From the NCBI GenBank assembly GCA_009914755.4, contig CP086569.2, positions 23,648,001-23,712,000 of the forward strand: DNA of 64,000 bases. The letters are read 5' to 3'. Shown piece by piece: positions 26,461 through 39,990 of the stretch (position 1 is its first letter; each line of letters starts with the position of its first letter). The notes beneath the pieces were generated by a model. It did not search any database, was not told where the DNA came from, and saw nothing but the letters and a program-made list of their open reading frames with translations. This DNA comes from the human T2T-CHM13v2.0 reference genome, Homo sapiens. A program made the position numbers and the translations under genes.

Positions 26461-29400
26461 GGATTTTTTCCCACATTTGAGATGGGGGCATATTGCTGAG
26501 TCCAGCATCTAGTTAATGTGACTCTAATTCCTATACACTCCCTAGAGAGGACATTGGGACATGTTACTTGGCACAGCACCTAAGTAACGTTACCCTCCTG
26601 CCTAGTTTTTTGCCCACAAATGGGACTATGACATATACCTTATTTCAGTTTACAGGCATAATGGTCAAACTTAAACTTGGATACAGACAATAGGAGATAT
26701 TTTGCCTTTCATCACTAGGCATAGGGCAATAAGTAAGGTCCTTGGTTGCATATTTGTAGAACGCTCACAGAACTTTACAACACTAACTCATAATGTATAA
26801 GTTGCTTGATTGGTACAGAGAGTTTCATGACAGGGACCAGCAGAAAATTCAGATTGGGACCTTCAATTACATGCCCAGGTAAAAGCAAATGTTGTCACCA
26901 TCCCACATGTCCAAAGCCCACTGTTAACATCGTGAGTCTAACAAGTGAATACAGTACCAGGTTGGAATTTTGACCTTCATATGTGGATCTGGCCACAGGT
27001 GGGATGGTGACTTATTTCTGTTTCCAGCTCATAGGCATAATAATGGGTCTCATACCTAAAACCATCCCACATAAAAGATGTTTACTATTATCCATGGGTT
27101 TAGGGATATAGGTAAGCTCATGAATCCCTCTGAGCACATAGGCTTCAGAGTAGTTTGCAACCCTGATGCATGCTGTATAAAGCCTTCAAATGTTGTAGAG
27201 TGTCATACAATAGCCCAAAGAACACATGATATTGTGAATCTCATATACACACCCAGCTCAATTTAATGATATCACCCACAAAAACAAAAGATTTGACCTA
27301 TTACTAGGCCTAGTACCCAGGTGTTGAGACTTTTTGGCTTAATTTTTTCCCCATAGATGCATTTTGACATATTGCAGGGTTAGAATCATAATCTTGTTAC
27401 TTCTGCCTGGACCCTGCAAACAAGGGATATTATCACATATCTCTGGGCCTAAGAGATAGGTGATTTGTCTCTCCTGCCTGTACCCACCCCCAGAGTACAT
27501 GGTGAAATATCATTTGACCAAACATCTAGGTCATGTGACTCTCTTCTCCTGACGGGGTCCTGCTTACCACAGATGTGGTGACATACCACTGATTACAAAA
27601 CATAGGTGATGTGACTCTCCTTCATATCCTAAACTCTGTCAAGAGAGGGAATTATTACATTTTGCAGAGCCCAACATCTACTGATTTGACCCTTCTGACT
27701 AGGCCCAGCCTACAAATGAGACCATATTGTGTCAGTGGCTCAGTACCCAGGTTATGTGACTCTCCCACATTGTCCCAGCTCATAGGTGAAAGTGTGACAT
27801 ATAACTGGGATAAGCACACATGTGCAATAATGACTCTCATTCCTGGACCCAGCCAGTAGGGATGGTGTGACTCTCATAGCCAGTTGCACTGCCATGGGTA
27901 AGGTCCTGGGTTTTTCACTTGCATAATATTCATGAAGGATTATAACGCTGTGGTATATCATATAAAGCCTTATTGGTACATAACAGCGTCATAACAGTGT
28001 CATAACAGAGAACAGCAACCAGGTGAGAACGTGACTCTTGTATGCACACCTAGCTGACACGGTAGTCATTCTGACACATAAACAGGGCCTAGGAATGTGA
28101 TACTAAATCTCACTCATAAAAAGCAGTCAAAGCTTGAAATAATTACTATAGTACATGGATCTGATTCACAGGTAGTTTGGTAATATTTGAAACATGATTC
28201 AGCACACTTGTGATGCTCTGACTCTCCTACTGGAACATGATATTCAAGTAGGATTGAGGCTACTATACATGGATCTTGCCCATGGTTGGGATTGTGACTC
28301 CTCTACTTCGACCCAACTCATAGAAAGAGTTAACTCAAATACACAAAACCAGGATTCATGTGCGATAAAAAACATATTTCTCAATGTTTCTAAGAGTATG
28401 ATTGAGACAGGTAAATTTGCCCAGCATATGAATAATTTGACAGTCTCTTCTAGGCCAAAGCCTAGAATGAAATTGTGCCATACGTGGAACAGACACGTAA
28501 GCCATGTATAACACCTTCTTTGGCTATGCCTACAAAATGACACTTTTATATATTCCTGGACCATCACCTGGGTAAAGTGAATTATCTGCCTGAAACCTGC
28601 CTGCAAATAGAATTGTGTCTCGTATCTCGGTCCATCATGTATGTGATGTGACAACCTTATACTGCCTTGGACAAGCACTTACAGTACATTGTGACACATA
28701 AGTGTGCAATGCACCCAGGTGATGTGATTCTCCTTCCTGGGATCTGCCAACAGGAAGCATTGTAATGTATCACTTGGCTCAACACCTAAGTTGTGTTTCT
28801 TTTTTGCTTTAGCCTTTGTCTTGATTACAGGGAGATTGTGACATATTGTTGGGTCCAGCACCAATGTGTGATCATGCTCCAGGTTTGGTACTGTACAGAA
28901 AAGACACTATGAAATATACCTAGGCCAGTTGCCTAAGTGAATTGTGTCTCCTCTTTTTCCAAAGTCCTGCCCACAGAGGAGTTTTTGATATGTCACTGAA
29001 ACCAGCAGCCAGGTGATGTGACTTTCCCACAAAGACCTTCACACAAGGGGTATTGTGACATCTCGCAGGACCCACACCCAAGTAGGTGATTTGACTTTCT
29101 TGCCTTCTCTGTGTCCACAGGTGATATTGTGCCATATATCTGACACCATAATAAAAGCCTTATAACAACTCATATACCTGGAGCCAGAACATGTGCAAGA
29201 TAATGACTCTTATTTCTAAACCTCCCCACAAGTATAATTGTGACATAAACCTTTTCCCAGCTCCAGAATGATTTAATAATTTGCCAGGTATAGCCCACAA
29301 AAGAGATTTTGACATATACCTGGGCCAAGCACCTTGGTGATTTGACTGTGCTAGTACAATCCTCAGCGGGGATTGTGATAGATTTCTGGACCCATCAACT

Positions 29401-31985
29401 AGGTTACGGGACTCTCCTCTACCCTCTACTGCCTGTATTCTGCTTCCTTTGGTAATTGTAGCATTTCTAAACACTGCACCCAAGTGATATGACTACTGTG
29501 CTTGGGCCCTGTTAACAGGAGGCATTGTTACAAATTTTTGGGCCCACCATTTAGGTGAAATGTCTCTACTCTCCTGCTCTGACACCTCACACAAAGGACA
29601 CTGTGCAACATATTTGGACCTAGCACAAAAGTTTGGTGGCATTTCTGACAAAGCTTTGCCTACAAAGAGAATATTGGAATAATTCTGGCCCGGCATTTCA
29701 ATAATATGGCTGTTCCACCTGCTTCATAGCCATACAGAGGATTGTAATATGTACCTAGGCATGGTTCAAAGGAATGATGATGATTGTCATATGGGGATTC
29801 AGCTAACAGAGGTTATTTTGACTCTTATAACCAAGTTTAGGTACATGCATGATATCCTGAATAACGTTCTTATACAAATGCCACAAAAGATTACAACATT
29901 CGCATATATTTTACAAAGTCTTTGGGTTATAGAGACAGAGTTGTAGCAGGGCTCAGAACACAGGTTAAATTGTGAGTCTTGCATGCACACCCAGCTGACA
30001 GTAAAGGCTGTCATCATCTCACACGGATAAAGCCAAATGTCACACATGAAAAAAAGGATATGTGGGGTACTGTAAATCTCACCTTTGCAATTATCTGACA
30101 CTGTGATTGTGATATAAATCTTTGCCAAGCACCTGTATAATTTGACTCTGCAGACTTATTCCGGCCCAAATATGGTATTGTGCTATCTAGCTAGGCCAAC
30201 CTCAAGGTGATGTTATTCTCCTGCCTGGGCCCTTCTCTAAGTAAGGATGGTGACATACATCTGAATCTAGCACCCAGCTGATGTTACATTCTTGCCTGTG
30301 CCATGTCCACCAAAATTATTGCATATATTTCTATGCCCCCATTATAGGTGATGTATCTCTGCTCTCTGGAATGGGCCATACACAAAGGATGGATAATGAC
30401 ATATTGCAAGGCCAGGCACACAGTTGAGGGTACTATTTTGCCAAAGCCATGTTCAAGGGAGGGCACTGTGATTTATATCCAGGCCTGTCACCTGGGTTAT
30501 ATGGCTCTCCTGCTTGGGCCTTGCCAACCTGGAGTAATATATTTCTAGGCCAGGCACACAGTTGATGGTACTCTTTTGCCAGGACTATACTTCATAGAGG
30601 ACATTGTGACATACCTTGGGGTCTACCGCCTAGATGAAGTGGCTCCCTCCTTTAGACCTACCCAAATAAAACATTGTGGAATAAGCAGAAAATCTACACC
30701 TAGATGATGTAACTCTTTGCTGGGTGCTGTCCTAAGAGAGCCTTGTGACATATCTCAGGACCCAGCACCCAAGTGATGTGGCTCCCCTACCTGGTTTCTG
30801 TCTATGTGTTACATTGTGACATATTTCTAGGGAAGCACGTAGATGATATGACTCTCCTCATCTACCTGAGCCTCGCCTACTGGAGATATTGGACATATCT
30901 CTGAGCCCATGACCTAAGTGATATGATGTTCTTTGTCTGCCTGGACCTTCACAATAGAAGGATTTTGGCACATTGCTGAGCCCAGCACTCAGGATAGGTG
31001 ACTCACCTCTTTTTCCTAATCCATGCCCACAAAATAACAAATTTTGACTTATTGCATGGCCCAGCACCCAGATGATGTTACTCTTTAGTGTGGGTTCTGC
31101 ATAAAGAAAAATTGATGGCATATTGCATATTGCTGGGCCCAGCACCCTTACAATGTGTCTCTCCTGCCTATACTGGAGCCACCGAAGGTTTTTGTTTGTT
31201 TGTTTGTTTGTTTGTTTTGACATATCTTGGGCCCACTATGTAGGTGTTTTGGCTCTCATAACTTGGCTGGATTTTTTCCACAAGTGGGACGGTATCATAT
31301 TGCTGGGTTGAGTACCCAGCTAATGTGACCCAATTTATCATACCCTGCCTAGAGAAGGCATTGTGACACAGCATCACAAGGCACTGTGACACAGTATCTA
31401 AGTGATGTTACCCTCCTGCCTAGTTTTATGCCCACAAATAGGATTATGACATATACCTTGCTTCAATTCACAGGCATGATGATCAAACTTATATTTGGAT
31501 TCAGCCAATAGGAGATATTTTGCCTCTCATTGCTAAGCTTAGGGCAATAGATAAACTCTGGGGTTGCATATATATTCAAAGCTGACAGAAGCTTACAACA
31601 CTAACTTATATTGTATAACCTCTTTGTTGGTAGGGAGTTTCACAACAGGACCCCACAAAAAGATTAGATTGGGACTTTCAGTTATGCACCCAGGTGAAAT
31701 TACAAGTTTTCACCATCCCACATTTACAAAGCCCACTTTTGAAGTCCTGAGTGTAACAAGGAAATACAGCAGAGGTGGAATTGTGACTTTTATATGTTGA
31801 TCTGGCCACATGTGGAAAGATGACTCATTTCTGGACCCAGCCCACAGACATAATAATGGGTCTTCTCCCTTAACCCTGACTATAGGAGAGATGTTGACTA
31901 TCAAACTTAGGCTTAGGACAATATGTAAGATTGTAAGTCCATATGAGCACCTAGGCCTCAGAGAGGTTTACAATCTTCATGGAGG

Positions 31986-32315
31986 TTTTTTTCTTTTTTT
32001 TCTTTTTTTTTTCTTTTTTTTTTTTTTTCTTGAGATGAACTCTCACTCTGTCACCCAGGCTGGAGTGCAGTGATGTGATCTCAGCTTACTGTGACATCTT
32101 TCCTATGAGTTCAAGCGATTCTTTTGCCTCAGCTTCCAAAGTAGCTGGGATTAAAGGTGCCTGCCACCACATCTGGCCAATTTTTTGTATTTTTAGTAGA
32201 TACGGGGTTTCACCATCTTGGTCAGATGGGTCTTGAACTCCTGACCTCGTGATCTACCCACCTCAGCCTCCCAAAGTGCTGGGATTACAGGCATGAGCCA
32301 CCATACCTTGCCTCT
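31986..32315 (-). mobile_element. Alu inserted into the beta-satellite
   Basis: T-rich tail complement 31986-32030, then cttgagatgaactctcactctgtcacccaggctggagtgcag...gggattacaggcatgagccaccataccttgcc. The paralogous copy ~11870-11900 (catgaaggttttgtaagttcctcagatgttgt) is uninterrupted. Confidence 0.85.
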
Positions 32316-32779
32316 TCCTGCAGGTTTTATAAAGCCCTGAGATGTTGTACAGAGTTTCATATATTGACCCAGCTCACATGTTTCTAATATACACCCTCAC
32401 CTAAAAGTTAAAAGTGTCAACCTCAAAAATCATGAGATTGTGTCATGTCACTGGGCCTAATATCGAGGTGTTGTGAGATTGTGGCTTAATTTTTTTTTCC
32501 ATGGGCGCATTCTTACATATCACTTGGTCAGAATAATAATAATGTTACTCTTTTGCAGGAGCCTTGTCAACAGGGGATATTATCACATATCGCTGGGCCT
32601 ATCAGCTAGGTGATATGCCTCTCCAGCCCGTGCTCAACCCCCTGAGGACATTTAGAAATATCGCTGAAACTAGCATCTAGGAAGTGTAATTCTCTTCCCC
32701 TGCCTGAGTATTGCTTGTCAAAGGAATTGTGACATATGATTGATTACAAAACCTAGGTGGTATTTCTCTCTTCTCCATT

Positions 32780-34842
<2,063 letters not shown>

Positions 34843-37800
34843 TTTTTCTTTTAAAATTTTTTATATTTATTTATTTATTTATTTTATAATACAACAGTAT
34901 TTTTCTCTTTTTTTAATTACACTTTAAGTTTTAGGGTACATGTGTACAACATGCAGGTTAGTTATATATGTATATGTGTGCCATGTTGGTGTGCTGCATC
35001 CATTATCTCGTCATTTAACATTAGGTATATCTATCTCCTAATGCTATCCCTCCCCCCTCGCCCCACGCCACAACAGGCCATGGTGTGTGATGTTCCTCTT
35101 CCTGCGTCCATGTGTTCTCATTGTTCAATTCCCACCTATGAGTGAGAACTTGCGGTGTTTGGTTCAGTTCCCATCTATGAGTGAGAACTTGAGATAGTTT
35201 GCTGAGAATGATGGTTTCCAGTTTCATCCATGTCCCTGCAAAGGACATGAACTCATCCTGTTTTATGGCTGCGTAGTATTCCATGGGATATATGTGCCAC
35301 ACTTTCTTAATCCAGTCTATCATTGTTGGACATTTGGGTTGGTTCCCAGTCTTTGCTATTGTGCATAGTGCCTCAATAAGCATATGTGTGCATGTGTCTT
35401 TATAGCAGCATGATTTATAGTCCTTTGGGTATATACGCAGTAATGGGATGGCTGGGTCAAATGGTATTTCTAGTTCTAGTTCCCTGAGGAATCACCACAC
35501 TGACTTCCACAATGGTTGAACTATATTATGTCCCACCAACAGTGTAAAAGTGTTCCTATTCTCCACAACCTCTCCAGCATCTGTTGTTTCCTGACTTTTT
35601 AATGATCGCCATTCTAACTGGTGTGAGGTGGTATCTCATTGTGGTTTTGATTTGCATTTCTCTGATGGCCAGTGATGATGAGCATTTTTTCATGGTTTTT
35701 TGGCTGCGTAAATGTCTTCTTTTGAGAAGTGTCTGTTCATATTCTTCGCCCACATTTTGATGGGGTTGTTTGTTTTTTTCTTGTAAATTTGTTTGAGCTC
35801 ATTGTAGATTCTGGATATTAGTCCTTTTTCAGATGAGTAGATTGCAAAAATTTTCTCCCATTCTGTAGGTTGCCTGTTCTCTCTGATGGTAGTTTCTTTT
35901 GCTGTGCAGAAGCTCTTCAGTTTAATTAGATCCCATTTGTCAATTTTGTCTTTTGTTGCCATTGCTTTTGGTGTTTTAGACATGAAGTCCTTGCCCTTGC
36001 CTAGGTCCTGAATGGTATTGCCTAGGTTTTCTTCTAGGGATTTTATGGTTTTTGGTCTAACATTTAAGTCTTTAATCCATCTTAACTTAATTTTTGTATA
36101 AGGTGTAAGGAAGGAATCCAGTTTCAGCTTTCTACATATGGCTAGCCAGTTTTCCCAGCACCATTTATTGAATGCGGAATCCTTTCCCCATTTCTTGTCT
36201 TTGTCAGGTTTGTCAAAGATCAGATAGTTGTGGATGTGTGGTATTATTTCTGAGGGCTCTGATCTGTTCCAATGGCCTAGATCTCTGTTTTGGTACCAGT
36301 ACCATGCTGCTTTGGTTACTGTAGCCTTGTAGTATAGTTTGAAGACAGGTAGCATGATGTCTCCAGCTTTGTTCTTTTGGCTTAGGATTGACTGGGCAAT
36401 GCAGTCTCTTTTATGGTTCCATATGAACTTTAAAGTAGTTTTTTCCAATTCTGTGCAGGAAGTCATTGGTAGCTTCATGGGGATGGCATTGAATCTACAA
36501 ATTACCTTGGGCAGTATGGCCATTGTCACGATATTGATTCTTCCTATCCATGAGCATGGAATGTTCTTCCATTTGTTTGTGTCCTCTTTTATTTCACTGA
36601 GCAGTGGTTTGTAGTTCTACTTGAAGACGTCCTTCACATCCCTTGTAAGTTGGATTCCTAGGTATTTTATTCTCTTTGAAGCAATTGTGAATGACAGTTC
36701 ACTCATGATTTGGCTCTCTGTTTGTCTCTTATTGGTGTATAAGAATGCTTGTGATTTTTGCACATTTCTTTTGTGTCCTGAGACTTTGCTGAAGTTGCTG
36801 ATCAGCTTAAGGAGATTTTGGGCTGAGATAATGGGGTTTTCTAGATATACAATCATGTCATCTGCACACAGGGACAATTTGACTTCCTCTTTTCCTAATT
36901 GAAAATCCTTTATTTCCTTCTCCTGCCTAATTGCCCTGGCCAGAACTTCCAACACCATGTTGAATAGGAGTGGTGAGAGAGGGCATCCCTTTCTTGTGCC
37001 AGTTTTCAAAGGGAATGCTTCCAGTTTTTGCCCATTGAGTATAAGATTGGCTGTGGGTTTTTCATAATTAGCTCTTATTATTTTTAGATACGTCCTGTCA
37101 ATACCTAATTTATTGAGAGTTTTTAGCATGAAGTGCTGTTGAATTTTGTCAAAGACCTTTTCTGCATCTATTGAGATAATCATGTGGTTTTTGCCTTTGT
37201 TTCTTTTCTGTTTATATGCCGGATTACGTGTATTGATTTTCATATGTTGAAACAGCCTTGCATCCCAGGGATGAAGCCCACTTGATCATTGTGGATAAGC
37301 TTTTTGATGTGCTGTTGGATATGGTTTGCCAGTATTTTATTGAGGATTTTTGCATAGATATTCATCAGGGATATTGTTCTAAAATTCTCTTTTTTGGTTG
37401 TGTCTCTGCCAGGCTTTGGTGTTAGGGTGATGTTGGCCTCATAAAATGAGTTAGGGAGGATTTCCTCTTTTTCTATTGATTGGACTAGTTTCAGAAGGAA
37501 TGGTACCAGCTCCTCCTTGCACCTCTGGTAGAATTCGGCTGTGAATCCATCTGGTCCTGGACTTTTTTTTGTTGGTAAGCTGTTAATTATTGCCTCAAAT
37601 TCAGAGCCTATTATTGGTCTATTCAGAGATTCAACTTCTTCCCGGTTTAGTCTTGGGAGGGTGTATGTGTCAAGGAATTTATCAATTTCTTCTAGATTTT
37701 CTAGTTTATTTGCCTAGAGGTGTTTGTAGTATTCTCTGAAGGTAGTTTGTATTTCTGTGGGATCAGTTGTGATATCCCCTTTATCATTTTTTATTGCATC

Positions 37801-38552
37801 TATTTGATTCTTCTCTCTTTTCTTCTTTATTAGTCTTGCTAGTGGTCTATCAGTTTTGTTGATCTTTTCAGAAAACCAGCTCCTGGAATCATTGGTTTTT
37901 TGAAAGGCTTTTTATGTCTCTATCTCCTTCAATTCTGCTCTGACCTTAGTTATTTCTTGCCTTCTGCTAGTTTTTGAATGTGTTTGCTCTTGCTTCTCTA
38001 GTTCTTTTAATTGTGATGTTAGGGTGTCAATTTTAGATCTTTCCTGCTTTCTCTTGTGGGCATATAGTGCTATAAATATCCATCTACACACTGCTTTAAA
38101 TGTGTCCCAGAGATTCTGGTATGTTGTGTGTTTGTTCTCATTAGTCTCAAGGTACAACTTTATTTCTGACTTCATTTCGTTAGGTACCCAGTAGTCATTC
38201 AGGAGCAGGTTGTTCAGTTTCCATGTAATTGAGAGGTTTTGAGTGAGTTTCTTAATCCTGAGTTCTAGTTTGATTGCACTGTGGTCTGAGAGACATTTTG
38301 TTATAATTTCTGTTTTTTTACATTTGCTGAGGTGTGCTTTACTTCCAACTATATGGTTGATTTTGGAATGGTTGGGGTGTGGTTCTGAGAAGAACGTATA
38401 TTCTGTTGATTTGGGGTGGAGAGTTCTGTAGACATCTATTAGGTCCGCCTGGTGCAGAGCTGAATTCAATTCCTACAATAATAACAGGAGACTTTAACAC
38501 CCCACTGTCAACATTAGGCAGATCAATGAGACAGAAAGTTAACAAGGATACC
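34843..38552 (-). mobile_element. L1PA-type LINE-1, 5'-truncated within ORF2 (endonuclease domain), with a 5' inversion (twin priming): direct segment 34843-38473 (minus) and inverted segment 38474-38552 (plus)
   Basis: Degenerate A-rich tail complement 34843-34911. 3'UTR complement tttagggtacatgtgtacaacatgcaggttagttatatatg.... Minus-strand ORF2 fragments: C-terminus at 35690-36529, [14 protein letters not shown] at 36617-37243, ...[27 protein letters not shown] at 37912-38469. At 38473/38474 the orientation flips: 38474-38552 reads on the + strand as ORF2 ...IITGDFNTPLSTLGRSMRQKVNKDT. The inverted piece ends at L1 ...AACAAGGATACC and the direct piece starts at the adjacent AGGAATTGAA. Confidence 0.85.
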
Positions 38553-39691
38553 TTCAATTTCTTTAATGATTTTATGGAATTGCTATTTTACATTCTCCTG
38601 TCTTTATCTCTACATGTTCAATTAGAAAATCCTCAGTGAATACTTTTCAGTATGATAGAGAAAATATTGTGCAATTAATTACTGATAGATACACAGTGAA
38701 GTAATTTCTGGTTTTCATTTGGTGCTCTCACACTGAGGATAGAAAAGTCTTGGTTGTAATCTTACATGCTGAGGAGTTCTACTATGCTGTTTTCTTTTGC
38801 TCTGTGATCTACTGTCACAGTTGTTTGAACTTGCCACTGAAAAAAGTGGGAAATTGTTTCCCTCATGTCTACTCATCTCCCTTTCATAGGTTTTCTGGTG
38901 GTGCATTGTCTAGATGGCTTAGTAGCTCATGATCACAGAGGTCATATTTGACAAGAGAAAGCTTTGTTGCTCCAGGACTAAGTGAAGGTGTTTACCACCT
39001 AGTGCCTAAGGTTTCTCCAGAGCCACGATGGAGCTTAAAAACCATTACTGAAACCAGAAAGTGATGGCAGACATTGAGGGCTGCCCAGAGTAGAAAGCAA
39101 AATGCTCCCTTTTGCTTTACAAGTGGTCACTGCTTATTTGGTCATTAATGTTGCTTCTGACCATGACGTGTTTCTTGTTCATCTTTCTTGGTATTCCACT
39201 GAAGGTGCATCTAAGGAAACGAGCCCTGTGTGATAGTGGTAAAGAGAACAACTGCATCCTTCTGTAGCTGATGCCTTGTTGAGCTTTGAAGCACATTGAG
39301 AAGAATCTGAAATCCTTCCTCATTATGGGGTAAGTTGTGTCAAATTTGACTCCCATGTAAATGGCAGCAGGTTCACGATGTCAAAGAAGAAACTCAGAAT
39401 CAGTAAATAGGATATGGAGTTTTACTGGCGACTTACATAGAGGGGAGAAAGTCCAGTGTCAGTGGGCTTAGCAGGATAACCACGTCCACTTGGAAAAAGC
39501 ATGCAGTGTGCATAGCATATTTATTAAGCACATTTTTTCTGAACAATCTTTTATCTGTTGTCCTTCATTTAACAAAAAATAAGGGCCTCAGTCCCCTGTG
39601 TGGCCTACTCCATACCACAGCATGGGAGAGAGCAAAGGCTCAGACTTTCCTCATAGATAAAGAGTAATCTCCAGGTTGGCCACTACTAGAT

Positions 39692-39990
39692 TTTTTTTTT
39701 TTTTTTTTTTGAAATGAAGTTTCACTCTTGTTGCCCAGGCTGGAGGGTGTTTGCACAATCTCAGCTCACCGAAACCTCCGCCTCACAGGTTCAAGTGATT
39801 CCTCTGCCTCAGCCTTCTGAGTAGCTAGGATGACAAGCATTTGCCATGATACCTGGCTAATTTTGTATTTTTAGTAGAGACCAGGATTCTTCATGTTGAT
39901 AAGGTGGTTCTTGAACTCCTGACCTCAGATGATCCATCTGATTTGGCCTCCCAAACTGCTGGGAGTACAGGCCTGACCCACTGCAGCTGG
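39692..39990 (-). mobile_element. Alu with 16-bp TSD (CCACTACTAGATTTTT / CCACTAGTAGATTTTT)
   Basis: Poly-T 39692-39710, then gaaatgaagtttcactcttgttgcccaggctggagggtg...gctgggagtacaggcctgacccactgcagctggccagg. Flanks: ggttggCCACTACTAGATTTTT|ttt... and ...ggccagg|CCACTAGTAGATTTTTagc. Confidence 0.9.

Larger units (their letters stand above)
1..32775 (-). repeat. Beta-satellite (BSR/Sau3A-family, ~68-70 bp monomer) tandem array organised in higher-order repeats; interrupted by an Alu (15023-15333), an ERVK provirus (17215-22536), a solo LTR (10350-10828), an Alu (26119-26460) and an Alu (31986-32315). Strand given relative to the usual consensus orientation.
   Basis: Monomer motifs (ATTGTGACATAT ... 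AGGTGATGTGACTCTCCTGCCTGGGCCCTGCCCACA) recur at ~68-80 bp spacing, e.g. 4101, 4180, 4262, 4340, 4411, 4480. The reverse complement of a clean monomer (e.g. 4610-4680) reads ..TTAACATCACTTAGCTGCTGGGCCAAGCTATATGTCACAATGCCCTCTCTAGGCAGGGC, closely matching the beta-satellite consensus as I recall it (..ACATCACCTGGGTGCTGGGCC..ATATGTCACAATGCCCCTGTAGGCAGAGCC). Long-range periodicity: a 'GGAATATTTCTGGC' marker recurs at 2968, 9131, 12466, 22872 and 29685, and a 'CCCACAAATGGGATTATGACATATACC' marker at 1620, 4690, 6365, 11325, 14260, 24540, 26615 and 31430. Confidence 0.85.

Noticed and set aside
26093-26512. 139-aa ORF (26093-26512) and similar ORFs at 33087-33386, 55850-56296 and 58832-59194
   Set aside because: They are read-throughs of Alu elements, sense or antisense, and are typical Alu-derived pseudo-ORFs.
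1-32775. Regular ~68-bp direct repeats could superficially suggest a CRISPR-like array
   Set aside because: There are no unique spacers between repeats. The repeats are contiguous, diverged and organised in kb-scale higher-order units. The context (Alu, L1, ERVK) is primate nuclear DNA, so this is classical beta-satellite.
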